From Phoronis australis (lineage: Eukaryota > Animalia > Phoronida), in the NCBI GenBank assembly GCA_002633005.1, contig NMRA01000220.1, positions 1-64,000 of the forward strand: a stretch of 64,000 bases of DNA. The letters are read 5' to 3'. Every line of letters begins with the position of its first letter. Positions within the stretch are counted from its first letter, which is position 1. The notes below the pieces were generated by a model. It saw nothing but the letters and a program-made list of their open reading frames with translations. It was not told the origin of the DNA and searched no databases. Positions 46,101-57,300 of the stretch are shown here, in pieces. A program made the position numbers and the translations under genes.

Positions 46101-49100
46101 CGAAGGCTGGCTATATCGACTAAGGCACAGATCGGTCCCCTACTCACGACATTTTTTACGTTTAATTTCACGTTTATGTCCTCTGGATAACGGGAAGACG
46201 TTTATAATCTCACTGGGTATACAACGCTTATTAGGCATGAAGTTAAATCACGTGACTTTCCAAATAAGAAAGTCATAGTAAGGAACTTGATTTTATTTTC
46301 GGCTTGCCCGAAGTCGTCTGCGCACTTGAGGCTGGAACGTAACTATGGTACTCTACGCCATTGTAAACAAGTTTTCTGATAACACGTAAGTTTTGATGGA
46401 AAATAGTGGGGTTTTCCCTAGAATTTACCAATTAAATTAGTAACCCTTGTAGAGAATGCTCTCGGATGTTTCTAGAGTATCGGTACTTCAATACTAAGAC
46501 CAAAAAACGTTGGGCTTCAATAAACATGTTGAGTTCCTCATGTTCGGAAAACATGCCTGCATCTTCACTAATGGATTAAAAACAGAGAGTTTCCTAAAAT
46601 GTACTCATATTCCTGTACAATGCCCTGACTTAAATGGGCCTCATTTCGGCAGTGGACCACACTCTGCGCCTGGCCTACTGCTTGGTTACACACCGGCAAA
46701 GAGACAGGTTACAAGTTGCCGGGAAAGTGCATATAGACGTGGATGTCCGGAAGAAAAGGAGTTCTTACAAAACTCAATATGTTGAGAATGACACAAATAC
46801 AATTTCTTACAAATCTAGTGGCGGTCTTTCGAACAAGAGATTTGATACCATTTTCTCTCCCCCATTTACATGGAAAACGCACGTGGATTGGTTTGTTACA
46901 TCTACCAAATTGAATATTCAAGAGATGGTGGACGAAACCATGCACTCGTGTGTTACAGACGAACGATTCGGTTATAGAGAACGAAAAATTATCCCACAAT
47001 GCAGTTGTAAACTAAAAAACAACAAGGAAGAGCAAAAACAATTCTTCTTCTTGCCAAGTTAGTAAACGCGTTACACCCCGTGTAAACCGTAATAGCATGG
47101 CTGACACGAATGCTAGGAAATAATTTCATTTCCTGATTAAACATCGACGTCACACGTTGACTGCTTTCTTTATGTTAACACTTATCGCAACAAAACAAGA
47201 TTCACGGAGGAGTGATTATCATGAATAACGTTTGTGAAAACTTCACTACGTTGACCGCTGCAACCGTGCGCAATGAGTTACTGGTGTGTTCCGTGTAATG
47301 CTAGCGTGTAACTATCATGATAAATTACCTGCCAGATATATCAATGATCCGACAACAATGGACAGATATCTGCCGGTAAACCCGCAGGAGATTAAGCCAC
47401 CGAACAAGGGAAGAAAATAGCATACACCTGAAACAGAAATTTTTAGTTAAATCTTTATTCACTATGTCATTTAGATTTGGATTATTTTTGAGTCTGATCA
47501 TAACATTCTGATCTTTTGGGGTGCTGAATATATAGTAATGCTGTTTTTTTACCATATTTATTTCTTTCAAAATTGAATGTCTGTTTTCATTTATGATTTT
47601 TTATTTGTTTACAAACAAGGGCACTTTTTGGCTAAACTGAATGATTTATATCATAGCTTAAAAATATATAGTTTGTATTTCCATATACACGGACATCCGT
47701 TAGCAATCAGGCAACGGTGAGTTCCAACTATTGCTACCACCATTGTGTTTGAGAACTCTAGATGTATCGTGGTGATGTACGAACTTGCTAAAACAATTTC
47801 TTCCGTCCCCAGATGCCTGCCTCCCTCCCTGCCTGTCTACTTCCTCTTTTCCTAATGAAATATCAGTGTTAAGTCAGCATCTTCCTTATAAACATGTTCT
47901 GTACCTATCAGTTTTGCTTTAGCTTTATATTTCGCCCAGTTTCCTGGCTAAAAGCGAAAATCGAATTTGACCTTTTGCTCTCATAAAATCTGTCTCATGA
48001 TATTCCTTACCGTGAGAGGACTCTGTTTTCGTTACCAACAGGAACATCAAAACCAACAGCGAGTCAATGAAACGTTTCAGAATTTATTGGAGATGGCCAA
48101 CCCTAAAATTGCGAGTTCGTACCTGGTTCATGTACGTATTGTCCGTGACTTGTGTTGATTACAGGGATAAAATACTATCACGGTGAGAAATATTACAAGA
48201 CAGATTTTATGACAGTAAAAAGTCTAACTCGTTTTTTGTTTAAGAAAACTAAACATGAAGAAATGCTGTTTTAACTTTTTAGACAAGTGAACCATAGGCA
48301 CAGAGATTGTGTCTTTTTTAGGTGACTTGAGTGATCATAGTATTTTCTCGAAGCTGTTTTGTCTAGATTATTTGCAAACTGTTCCAATGAGTTTCCCGAA
48401 TGAAGTTTATTGGGGGCCCAAAAGGCACCGTATTTTATACCTCATCTTGAGTTTGTGTCTTACAACACTTTTACATACTTTTCGAGTTGTACAGATTGTA
48501 GTCAACGGAGGTCCTATTGACAGCAAACTGGACTAAACGCAATAAAAATTGTTGAGGTACACCTTTCGCAAAATCGGTGTTTCTAACACAAAAACAATAC
48601 AGGCCAGATTTTGACAGGAACAATGTATCCGATAGAGAGACAATCGAATTTTCCGTTGTCAAAATTCAGGTAACTGGAAAATCAAATCTCTCACAAGAAG
48701 TTGTCATTTTGAGTTCTTCAATTGCAATGATCCTTCAATTAGACCTTCAACTATTTCTTAACAAAACACAAATTTTCACGACGTAGTCTCATTGCAGTAT
48801 GACTAGCATTTGTCGAGACATGTGTAATAGGATTGTTGGATGTAAGAGGAAAAGGGTCCCCTAAGGGGGGAGGGTTATGGCTGAAAAAGGTTTGTTGCAT
48901 TCCAAGTCGCATGAAATGTGGGCGCCAACCATCCAGTCATCTCACTGTCAGATACATTGTTCATGTGAAAATCTCGCCTGCATTGTCTTTGCCTCAGAAG
49001 CACTGCTTAGCACACTTTGATACGAATTCGTGACAAGAAAATTTTTCAGACAGGATGTCTTCTACATCACCTAAAAATATAGGATAAGTTGCAAAACACA

Positions 49101-50428
49101 AATCCAGGGTGTGACATAAAATTATGTGTTTTAGGACCACCCTGAAGGTGTAACTTCAAGGAAATGTTACTGTGTACATTGAATAAGATATTACGCGTTC
49201 GAACGAATTATAATCTTTGCGAAGCCAAAACAATAACATTTTGCCTGATTTTGGTTCATTCAAATCCCAAAATTGGAATATTATGTTACCAAAAATATAC
49301 AAATACTTAGGACTAGTTCAAAGCGAGCATCTTGGTGTTCTCGTCGTGTGGAACTCCTTAAGCTACACTGAGAACTGTTCATTTAATATGACAATTTTCT
49401 TGGTATATCCCGCTTCACACAAGCGTACGGTTTTCACAAAAAACAATTTAGAGGGACATGATGCTTTTCACAACATTTTCAAGTTTCTTGAAACTCACGT
49501 GTCTAAGTAAAGTTTTATAAGACTGTCCGCCTTCATATAAGTGGTTATTTATGTATGGCATCACAGTAAGTGTAGTGTCATTTTAATGTAAACATTGCCT
49601 CGACAGTATACTTTGTCACTTTAACAAAAATACATAAGAGCAAAAACTTTCTTATCGCTTTGTAATGTGACACTTGTTCATATAATATTTTTAAAACAAC
49701 CATTAGTAAGGGGATGTTGTGAGTGAAAAAGCAAATAAGGTTGTGTGATTGCCGCACCCACTGCACTCTGATCCTGTATTGGGCCTGGACAGGTTAAGTA
49801 CCAGTAGCGGCAATGAGGAGGTATGGTGCCGCAGTATTTGCAACAATATACTAAAAATGTTTACTGCCTTTATGCTGTGTCATTAATCTCATTGCACTGG
49901 GGAAATACAGTGTGTTGAATGAGCATCATACGTTTAAAAGTTTTAACTATACTTTGGTTTGAGGCCATATTCCTTTTATGAAGTTTTTAACTGAAAAGAG
50001 GCGGTTGCAAACATACCTGTGAATAACATGGACTGAGTTTCTATTATAGAAGCCTGCATGTTAAACGTGTCGAGAAAGATCTGAAGCTCAACCAACAGAA
50101 TTGCATAAATTTGGTAGAATGCCAGCCTTTCCAGCAGGACCATCACCGACAATATGGCGAGCACTGTTTTCCTGTAGAACATCGTCGGATCCGGGACTAC
50201 TCCTAATGGGAGTTTGAAAAACGACTTCGGGAGGCTGCCAGAAAACGACACATACTCCTCCTTATTTTCCTCGGTGGAAGCACTTTCCAAAGAAGCAGGG
50301 GGTCTCTTGCTAATCAGAAGTGTTTTTGTCTCACTATGCGATCGCTGTCGTCTGAGCGAGTGTTCGTCGAGTGCCTTCTCTTGTTGGGAGTGATAAGCAG
50401 CCGTCGTGCATTTCCGGCTTTGAGACAT
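37173..50428 (-). CDS. Divergent POT/PTR2-family (SLC15A4-like) MFS peptide/histidine transporter, 10 exons, ~632 aa
   Basis: Exons: complement(50017-50428, 47329-47427, 45872-45969, 45360-45499, 44039-44208, 41306-41532, 40052-40262, 38939-39094, 37765-37884, 37173-37438), phase-consistent, 1899 nt. POT-like segments: VLLERLAFY, LPLFGGLISCGFTGRY, LIAIGG, VAGTKLY, VKQLGRVLPVF, LSETIV, TFSYLEAP. Confidence 0.85.
37995..38403. mobile_element. MITE-like element in an SLC15-like intron
   Basis: Termini GCCTGCGTAG ... CTACGCAGGC, with internal TGCGTAG/CTACGCA repeats. Confidence 0.45.
39523..39700 (+). pseudogene. Possible decayed Myb/SANT-like (Harbinger ORF2) fragment
   Basis: RKENFTE..I...ILQTKH and, in another frame, ELS.A..S...HVVKKK resemble the RKxNFT...EVKKKW pattern of MSANTD/Myb_DNA-bind_5 domains. 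Weak. Confidence 0.3.
41704..44135. repeat. Near-identical 1.2-kb tandem duplication (41704-42921 / 42923-44135) joined at a single N
   Basis: The two copies are collinear with few substitutions and small indels. The junction is the N at 42922. Copy 1 contains a truncated duplicate of SLC15-like exon 5. Confidence 0.9.
42013..42322. mobile_element. Tandem pair of ~155-bp palindromic MITEs (repeated at ~43232-43523)
   Basis: Units GTTCAGTAAC(G/A)CTAGGACCTCGCTAAAA ... TTTTAGCTAGGTCCTAGCG...CTGAACG, separated and flanked by CCAG. Confidence 0.6.
44809..45046. mobile_element. MITE-like element
   Basis: AGGCCTTTTACACTCATAAAA pairs with TTTTATGAGAGTAAAGGCCT. Confidence 0.55.
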
Positions 50429-50542
50429 TTCTCTACGATCAAGAAGACGTTCTGCTTAAATCATTGTCTCATGACATCGTGGATTCTAGATTTCATTTCG
50501 CAGTGACGTTAAAACAATTGTCAGTCTAACTTTATAATATCT

Positions 50543-50551
50543 TCACGTGAC
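50543..50551. promoter_or_regulatory. CLEAR-like E-box (TCACGTGAC) ~115 bp upstream of the SLC15-like ATG
   Basis: Direct motif match to the TFEB/MITF CLEAR core. The position next to a predicted lysosomal transporter is suggestive only. Confidence 0.35.
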
Positions 50552-52269
50552 TATAATCCTTGATAACTACTAAGCCAACTCAGTGGTACAATAACAGTGC
50601 GAATATCTATGTATTTCATTTTAATTGTTATTTTTGTGTGTGTGACGAACGACTAACAAACTGTTCACTGTTTGTGAGTCTAGTGATTTATTAAGAAGGA
50701 ACTTTTTACCAAAAAAGCCGCAGAGCAGTCGTTGCTTTGCAAAAATGGCTAATTTATAAAACACGGTAAATTGTTTAATGTCAAGAATGACGATTTCGTG
50801 TTGAGTTTTTGTTATTATGGCGTTAAATAATCGCGAGGGACATCAAATTTCACAATGTCGTCATACATGAAAATGGGCAAACTCAGGTCTATACATTAGA
50901 TGCGACTTTGCAAGGGGTAGCTGATAGTAAAAGCAACAGTTGTTCTCCACTTGTGTAGGAAATTGAGCACAAACTTTCTTCTCTGAAAATCATTTAAAAA
51001 GATCATCCAATTAGCAAACTAATGTCGCTACACAAAATTTTGTAGAAAAGCTGTTCTTTTCCCTAAGATTGTTTCTAGCGCATGTCATTACTGCGCTGAC
51101 AGACCTAATTGTACTATAAATCAGATCTAAAGAAATAAAAACAACAAATCTGGCCCTGCACTGGGCTTTAAGAGTAGTGATAGATTTAATTTCCATTTTT
51201 GCTTCTTTCTGGGTCCGGATGGAATGATGACATGTTCAGTCTACGACATGAGTGATAATTTATTTTGCAAAAATTAAAAACCAAACTAATTCCATTATTG
51301 ACATTCCATTCTAAAGTTTAGCCATGCAATTAGATATAGTTGATCATTTCAACATATAAAATTAAACTGAACTGAGTACTATCTGCCAGTGTCTTTTGTC
51401 TCTGTTTAAGGCGGTAATAAACCCGCATGCCATGGAAGAAACAAAATTTCATTTAAGCTCCTTACTGCTATAAAATTCGTCTTAGTTTGTTCCTTACTCA
51501 GAAGAGAATTGATTTTTGTCATGCAGAGAAGTGACAGTCCGTTATTTCTCGAGACCATGCTTGGTGAATAAGATGCCTTTCCGTGACAAGTCAACTAATT
51601 TTGTAGAGTCTCATTTGGTCTCAAGCAATAGTGAGCTGTCAGCTCTTTCCAAAACGAGAAATCTCTAAGGAACATTATGTGACCAGTTTCTCCACGGTAA
51701 ATACAAGGTAATTTAAATGAAAAAATGCTTTCTGTGACGGAATAGAAGGCGCGTTTGTAGCTGGCTATAACAAGGTCGTGAATTTAAAACACATGTTTGT
51801 GCATGGACCAAAGCAGTTGAAGCAGGCTCTGACTGGGACCAGCTAAGATACTTTTCGGTATTAGAGGGCATTTTTGATAAAGTGGCCGTATTTTTGCACA
51901 TGCAATTCGCGCAGAGATGTATCAGTGGGCAGTCAGCTGTCATTGGCAAACCGAAAACCAACCACTGAGTGGAGCTCCAGCTGATCCGATTAGGTTGCAC
52001 TAAAAAGTTTGGCAATTTGCACTTTCAAAATATTGAAAAGCAGAGGTAGGCCAGGTTTGGGGGTACTTTTTAGGTATTCTATGTAGGCTAAGTGAATGTG
52101 ATTTGTTTGTATTTGTGAACTTGCTGAGAATGAAAAAAGGCCACTTTCTCGGCTGTAGCTGCACTCTTCTTCAAGATGGCAGCCACTTGTTGCAGTTGTG
52201 CATTGCTGGGTAGCGACTGAGAAATTTGCTGCGATTTCAGACATGCCCACCTAGCGGCACGCAGGGAAC

Positions 52270-52800
52270 CAGCGAGGCACGCAGGTATGACTTAATTTTC
52301 CTCGGTACATTTTTTTTACACCGGTGTTTCTGATTGGCTGGTCAAATTCTCAACAGGCAGCGCGTGACGCAAACAAACTGACATGACTGATGGACTGAAG
52401 TGTAAATGTGGTCTGTTGTACAGACATATCGGTGCTTAAAATTTATGTTCTGGAAATGCGAATCCTAAAAATTGTGGTTGTGTCTTTTCGGAGCGCACTC
52501 TTTCTACTGCCGATGACTTTTGTTTACGATACTGTCCTTTATTCATACAATACGAATAACACACCGGTTAAATCGGACAGATATGCGTTTATTATACATA
52601 TATGTGCTTCAAGCACGCGGCTATTAAACATCACTGCAGAAACGAAATAGTTGCTGCGACGCCACTTGCATGACAAGGCTAAAAATCGTTCACAGTCCGT
52701 CATTTTTTCACGGTGTAAAGCTAACCAATGACTGCTGAGGTTACATCAACCAATGCTTAAGCGCGTGACACTACCGTCGTGATACCTGCGTGCTGGCTAG
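52270..52800. mobile_element. MITE-like element flanked by GCACG(C/T)AGGGAACCAGCGAG direct repeats
   Basis: Inverted ends GCACGCAGGTAT / ATACCTGCGTGC. Direct repeats at ~52257, ~52801 and (partial) ~52822. Confidence 0.45.
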
Positions 52801-53209
52801 GCACGTAGGGAACCAGCGAGGTAGGGAACCAGCGAGTAAATACACTCTACCCTTCGATACAGCGCCACCTATAGTAACACTGTGAAAGAATGAACATACA
52901 CTCAGGAACTGTGTTGCTTTATCCCTGTTAAAGAAAATTATTAGCCTTATCTAAAAGATATGTTAAGAAACATCCGCACGTGATAGCATATTTTAACATA
53001 TGCACGCAATGACATTTTTGTTTTATATATCCATAGCTTTTAAGGAATTATAATGAAAACAAATGGTTAGTATAAGATGGGAAAATCTCAATTTTAATGA
53101 ATGTTCAACTGTGAACAAATTATGACACTAGGAGAAAACGGTTACAAAAATATTTATAAATCAGCTGAAAATTGCACTTACATAACAATGCAAACGAGGA
53201 TCCGTCAAT

Positions 53210-54394
53210 TCATAATTTAAAAGATGGACGATTGTCTAACACCTGTGCAGTTGTAGTAAAACAAGAATTGTTATTGCCGCTGTCAGTCAGTGGATCGTGT
53301 TCATCCGCGGAAGAATCGAACACCTCGTCTTCTGGTACTGTGGTATAATTCTTCGTATGGTAATAATTGTCAGGAAAACAACATCTATGATCATGCAGGA
53401 AATTGTCAGTGTTTACGGTTCCTTCGTGTTTTTGATTGTTGTCCACCATGATGTACATTTGATTGTTTACGCTATCCCACATTCTCACATCACTGGCGTT
53501 CGATTCTCTGGAAATGGAGCTTTCGAAATAATATTCATATAATGTGTCCCCACTTTTTTGACGTTTTACGGGATCTATCTTTTCACAGGATGGCGAAGAA
53601 AATGAAAAAGTGTAAGACTCCGGCAATGACACAGCTCTGTTCAATATCGGATGGTCAATAGATTGGAATGTATGCGCACTTCCAATCTCTATGTGAACAC
53701 TAGATCGCCGCTGCGTACAGGCGTCGATGTCGTTTCCGTTCAAAACAAATTCTGAAGCGTCCCCTATTGTAGTTCTCTTTGGTGCCACATAAGGCACTTG
53801 AGTTTCTACGCTGGTTTTATCCAAGTGACTTTCATGTGATTTCACACATTTTCGTTGTTCTTTCAGCGAGCGACGTATTTTGCGCTTATTGTAAACTTCT
53901 AGCGTCTGTTGAACGTATGCGTCATAAAATGGCTGAAGGTGGTCGGACGCCTCCAACGTGTCCCTAATGTCTTTGTTGTCTTCAATTCTAATATCTTCTT
54001 TGCACCAATCACATAAGCGAGCGCAAAATCCACACAAAAATGCAATGAGTGCCATCATAGGTAAGAATGTCAATGATACGGTAGGTGTCGCTCGCACGTT
54101 CACTCCGTCTGCGCAGTATACACAGTTGTCATCCAGCGGTTGTCTGAATTTGGGAATACTCTTGTCGTCTGCTTCTGGTTTCTGTTTCGTCATATTGCTA
54201 CTACCATTTCCAGCATCGTTTCCGCCATTGGTGCCTTCTGGGAAATTGAAGAATGCGTTGCCACTGCCTTCAAATGTTTCGGTGAAGTTGTTTGCTAGTG
54301 GACGGTCCGACTCACGTAGAAGATTTCGCGACGTTACTGCGCACCAGCAAAAAGATAACAAAACTGTTGTTAATACAGCACCACCATATTTCAT
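53210..54394 (-). CDS. Uncharacterised single-pass type I membrane protein, 394 aa, single coding exon
   Basis: Long uninterrupted ORF. Signal peptide MKYGGAVLTTVLLSFCWCAVTS. N-glycosylation sequons NFT, NGS and NMT. Transmembrane segment VSLTFLPMMALIAFLCGFC with juxtamembrane Cys residues, then a long Ser/acidic tail. Splice acceptor TTGTAG| about 46 nt upstream of the ATG. No family recognised. Confidence 0.75.
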   Translation of the reverse strand: MKYGGAVLTTVLLSFCWCAVTSRNLLRESDRPLANNFTETFEGSGNAFFNFPEGTNGGNDAGNGSSNMTKQKPEADDKSIPKFRQPLDDNCVYCADGVNVRATPTVSLTFLPMMALIAFLCGFCARLCDWCKEDIRIEDNKDIRDTLEASDHLQPFYDAYVQQTLEVYNKRKIRRSLKEQRKCVKSHESHLDKTSVETQVPYVAPKRTTIGDASEFVLNGNDIDACTQRRSSVHIEIGSAHTFQSIDHPILNRAVSLPESYTFSFSSPSCEKIDPVKRQKSGDTLYEYYFESSISRESNASDVRMWDSVNNQMYIMVDNNQKHEGTVNTDNFLHDHRCCFPDNYYHTKNYTTVPEDEVFDSSADEHDPLTDSGNNNSCFTTTAQVLDNRPSFKL

Positions 54395-57300
54395 TCTCCC
54401 ATCCAGAAAAGAGTTTTTATCTTGAGTTTCCGTCGAAAAACCTACAACAAAAATGACACAAGTTCAAGTTTAGATATTTACATCTACATGTACACACGTC
54501 CAATTAATGACCTTTCTACGTATTTCATATTATATCTCTCTTGTTTTTAAGGTTATCGGGTCATACAATGTAATAGCGGGGCAAACAAAGTCGACCCTAA
54601 AATTTATCGGCCAGAGATCTTTGACCGGGGCGTATACTTCACTTTTCCAGTACGCATTAATATGCGCTTATATAACCTTCAATAACAAATTCTTTTATCT
54701 TATTTATAGGAGACGCGATAAAGTTATGAAGTTGGTGAAGAAAGATTTCATCTTTTTCTTTCAAAATATCAACCGATTGTCGTTTCGATTTTAACTGTAT
54801 TTCTATTTGGTGATAAAATATAAATATGCTAATTTCTGCACCATGATAACAAGCAGATTTTCAAACAAACAAACTTCGAAGATTAAGAAAATAAATAACT
54901 GAAAGACAGGAGAGATTTGAAAGATATGCTGTCCTTTTTAGAACAAACTGTTACCTTCATTTACAAGAAACCTTAAGTGATCGCAAGTCTGCCTTTCTGA
55001 CGGGGTCAGTGGTTATGTCAGCGAATGCCGGGAAAATATATCAAGACATACCATACACATTGTGCTTTTCCACTGAGAAAGTTACAGAAGTCAAAACACA
55101 AGCTAGCTACGGTTAGGTCATTAGGTGCCACTCAACACTGAGACCAAACTGGCAATGGTTAAACACAGGCAGGTGGCCAGTCTATTGTTCAACCGTAGAC
55201 AATAAGATCACCTTCAACTGTGGGGTGAAGGCATATGGTCTCAGTATTCAACAACCAAGATCGAACCTCCACACAGTGTCCAGCCAACCTCACATTGGTC
55301 ATCACCTGGGATGGCATTCTGATACGGGAGACAGAAATTAACATCATACTTCTGTCGTTCATTGTACATCCCACAATAAAATGATTATGCGGGACATGCG
55401 TCGTTCACGGTTGAAGAGACCAAACGCTGATTACGGAAGCTGTTCACAGGTCACCAAATTGAACAAACGAGAATACTCAGACATAATAATTTCAAGTCAG
55501 CGCCCGGTCAAGACCGTACACTTGAGACTTGACAAAACACGTGCTTGCTGAAACCATATGGCTTTCCATTCAACCCGGGCCTGGGATCCAATCTTTGTAC
55601 TCGAAACTCGACTTGGAAATTAACCTATGGCATGTGATACTCGGACACGCTTTGAATTTGTGTTTAAATCATGTGCCATGAATGGTTAGTTTCGAGTCTG
55701 ACTCAGAGTCCGTCAGAGTTCGGAGATAATGTCCTGGGCCAAGTTTCATTTCAACAAAACAAACCTCGAAACGGCATCCCGCCGGAAACTTACGGTTTCT
55801 TCAGCCATGAGATGGCCTGGGAAGCTGGTCTGCAATAAGGACATTCATACAGGTAGCAAAGCAAGAATTGATTACCTCAAAACCTTTCTGCCTATTACAT
55901 TGAAAGTTAAGGCCACTTCCAGACTTAAAAAGCAACCCAACGTATTGAGTCACAAAAGAGTGTACGCTCGGCGAGTCTTACGTAAATATGTGTACGCGGT
56001 ATTTGCCCCGGCTTTGTCTACAGACAATAGGTCAAATTTGTTGGACCAGGATAAATCTGTCACCTGGACACAACTAGAAAACATTAACGAAGCAATTAAC
56101 GCCAAACCTGTTGACTGAGCAGAGTATGTATGTACTCTCTTCCCCTGAGAACAACACGTGTGTGAGTGAACGTGTGTATAGTTCTTCCGAGTCATTAAAT
56201 TTGACCCTGACAAAAAGGCTCACCTGTTGAAAATCAAATCCTTGCCAAAACACCAGTGAGTATTTGTTTTCCAGACACAAAACGTTAGTGAACTGTGTGA
56301 CACCGGCACTTGAGCCCTATGGATTCGCTTTTATATTTGTATTTATTTGGATCTTTTGATATGGTTGACCGAAGCTGTCAATACACCCGTTCAAGTCACG
56401 TACACCTCACTGTTTACAACGTATAGCAATATTGTGTGGCAAAGACAGCGTTAGATAATAGAATTAAATGGACGTGGGGTTTACACGAACAGTCATTACT
56501 TAGATCATTGTGGGAAGTTCATTCAAATAAATCCCGCTGTATGACAACAATTGAAATTTCGTAAAAAACTCAGAGTATGCTTTACCATGTCGCACCAAAT
56601 GCAAGCTGAGCATTAATTAGTGTTTTCGTTTTCTGAGTCAGTTTATAGTCCGGTACGAAATGTAATCCTGAGGTCTCGTGTGCTAAAATGAATGATGTTT
56701 GCCGTTTTTGGTTCATGTGGGTGCAAACTGTTGGGAAATGACTCTTATTACCCGCAGACAATATTGCATAGTGTTATATGCGCAGGCTTATAGAGGGCCT
56801 TCACTATAATTAGGAATTTTCCAGCAATCATGAGGTTCGTGGCCAACCATATTTATCTCGGTCAACTGGAACGTCAGGATACCCATCTGCCACCTCAGTC
56901 TTCAAGTTAATTGGCAGTAGCAACAGGTTATTTATATTTTACCCGATACGATATATTTATGTTGGCTGTATGACACAGTACATCACCTACATCCTCGTCT
57001 AGAATTGCACATTTTACATACAATTGTTGAAGAAACAACGAGAAGGAAATAACGAATACTGGGACAAAGGTGACACGAGTTGCTTAACAACAACACACGG
57101 TCACAAGGAAGAAGGGTTGTTTCATGCATGTAGTTTCGCAATTTTCAGGCTTTAAAAGTGCGTTGTGAATGTACGAAAACTACAACATTTCCCGCTTATT
57201 ACATATACATGCATACGCAGTGTGTAGTTTTAGATTGCTTTTTATTTTAAGTTCTATTACGAAACCTATCATGATAAGTAGGGGTTACCAATGGTCATGT

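Noticed and set aside
53958-54425. 155-aa plus-strand ORF
   Set aside because: Antisense shadow of the 394-aa membrane protein ORF.
55240-55320. C-type-lectin-like peptide (DDQCEVGWTLCGGS)
   Set aside because: Too short and followed by a stop. The region looks more like a repeat fragment.
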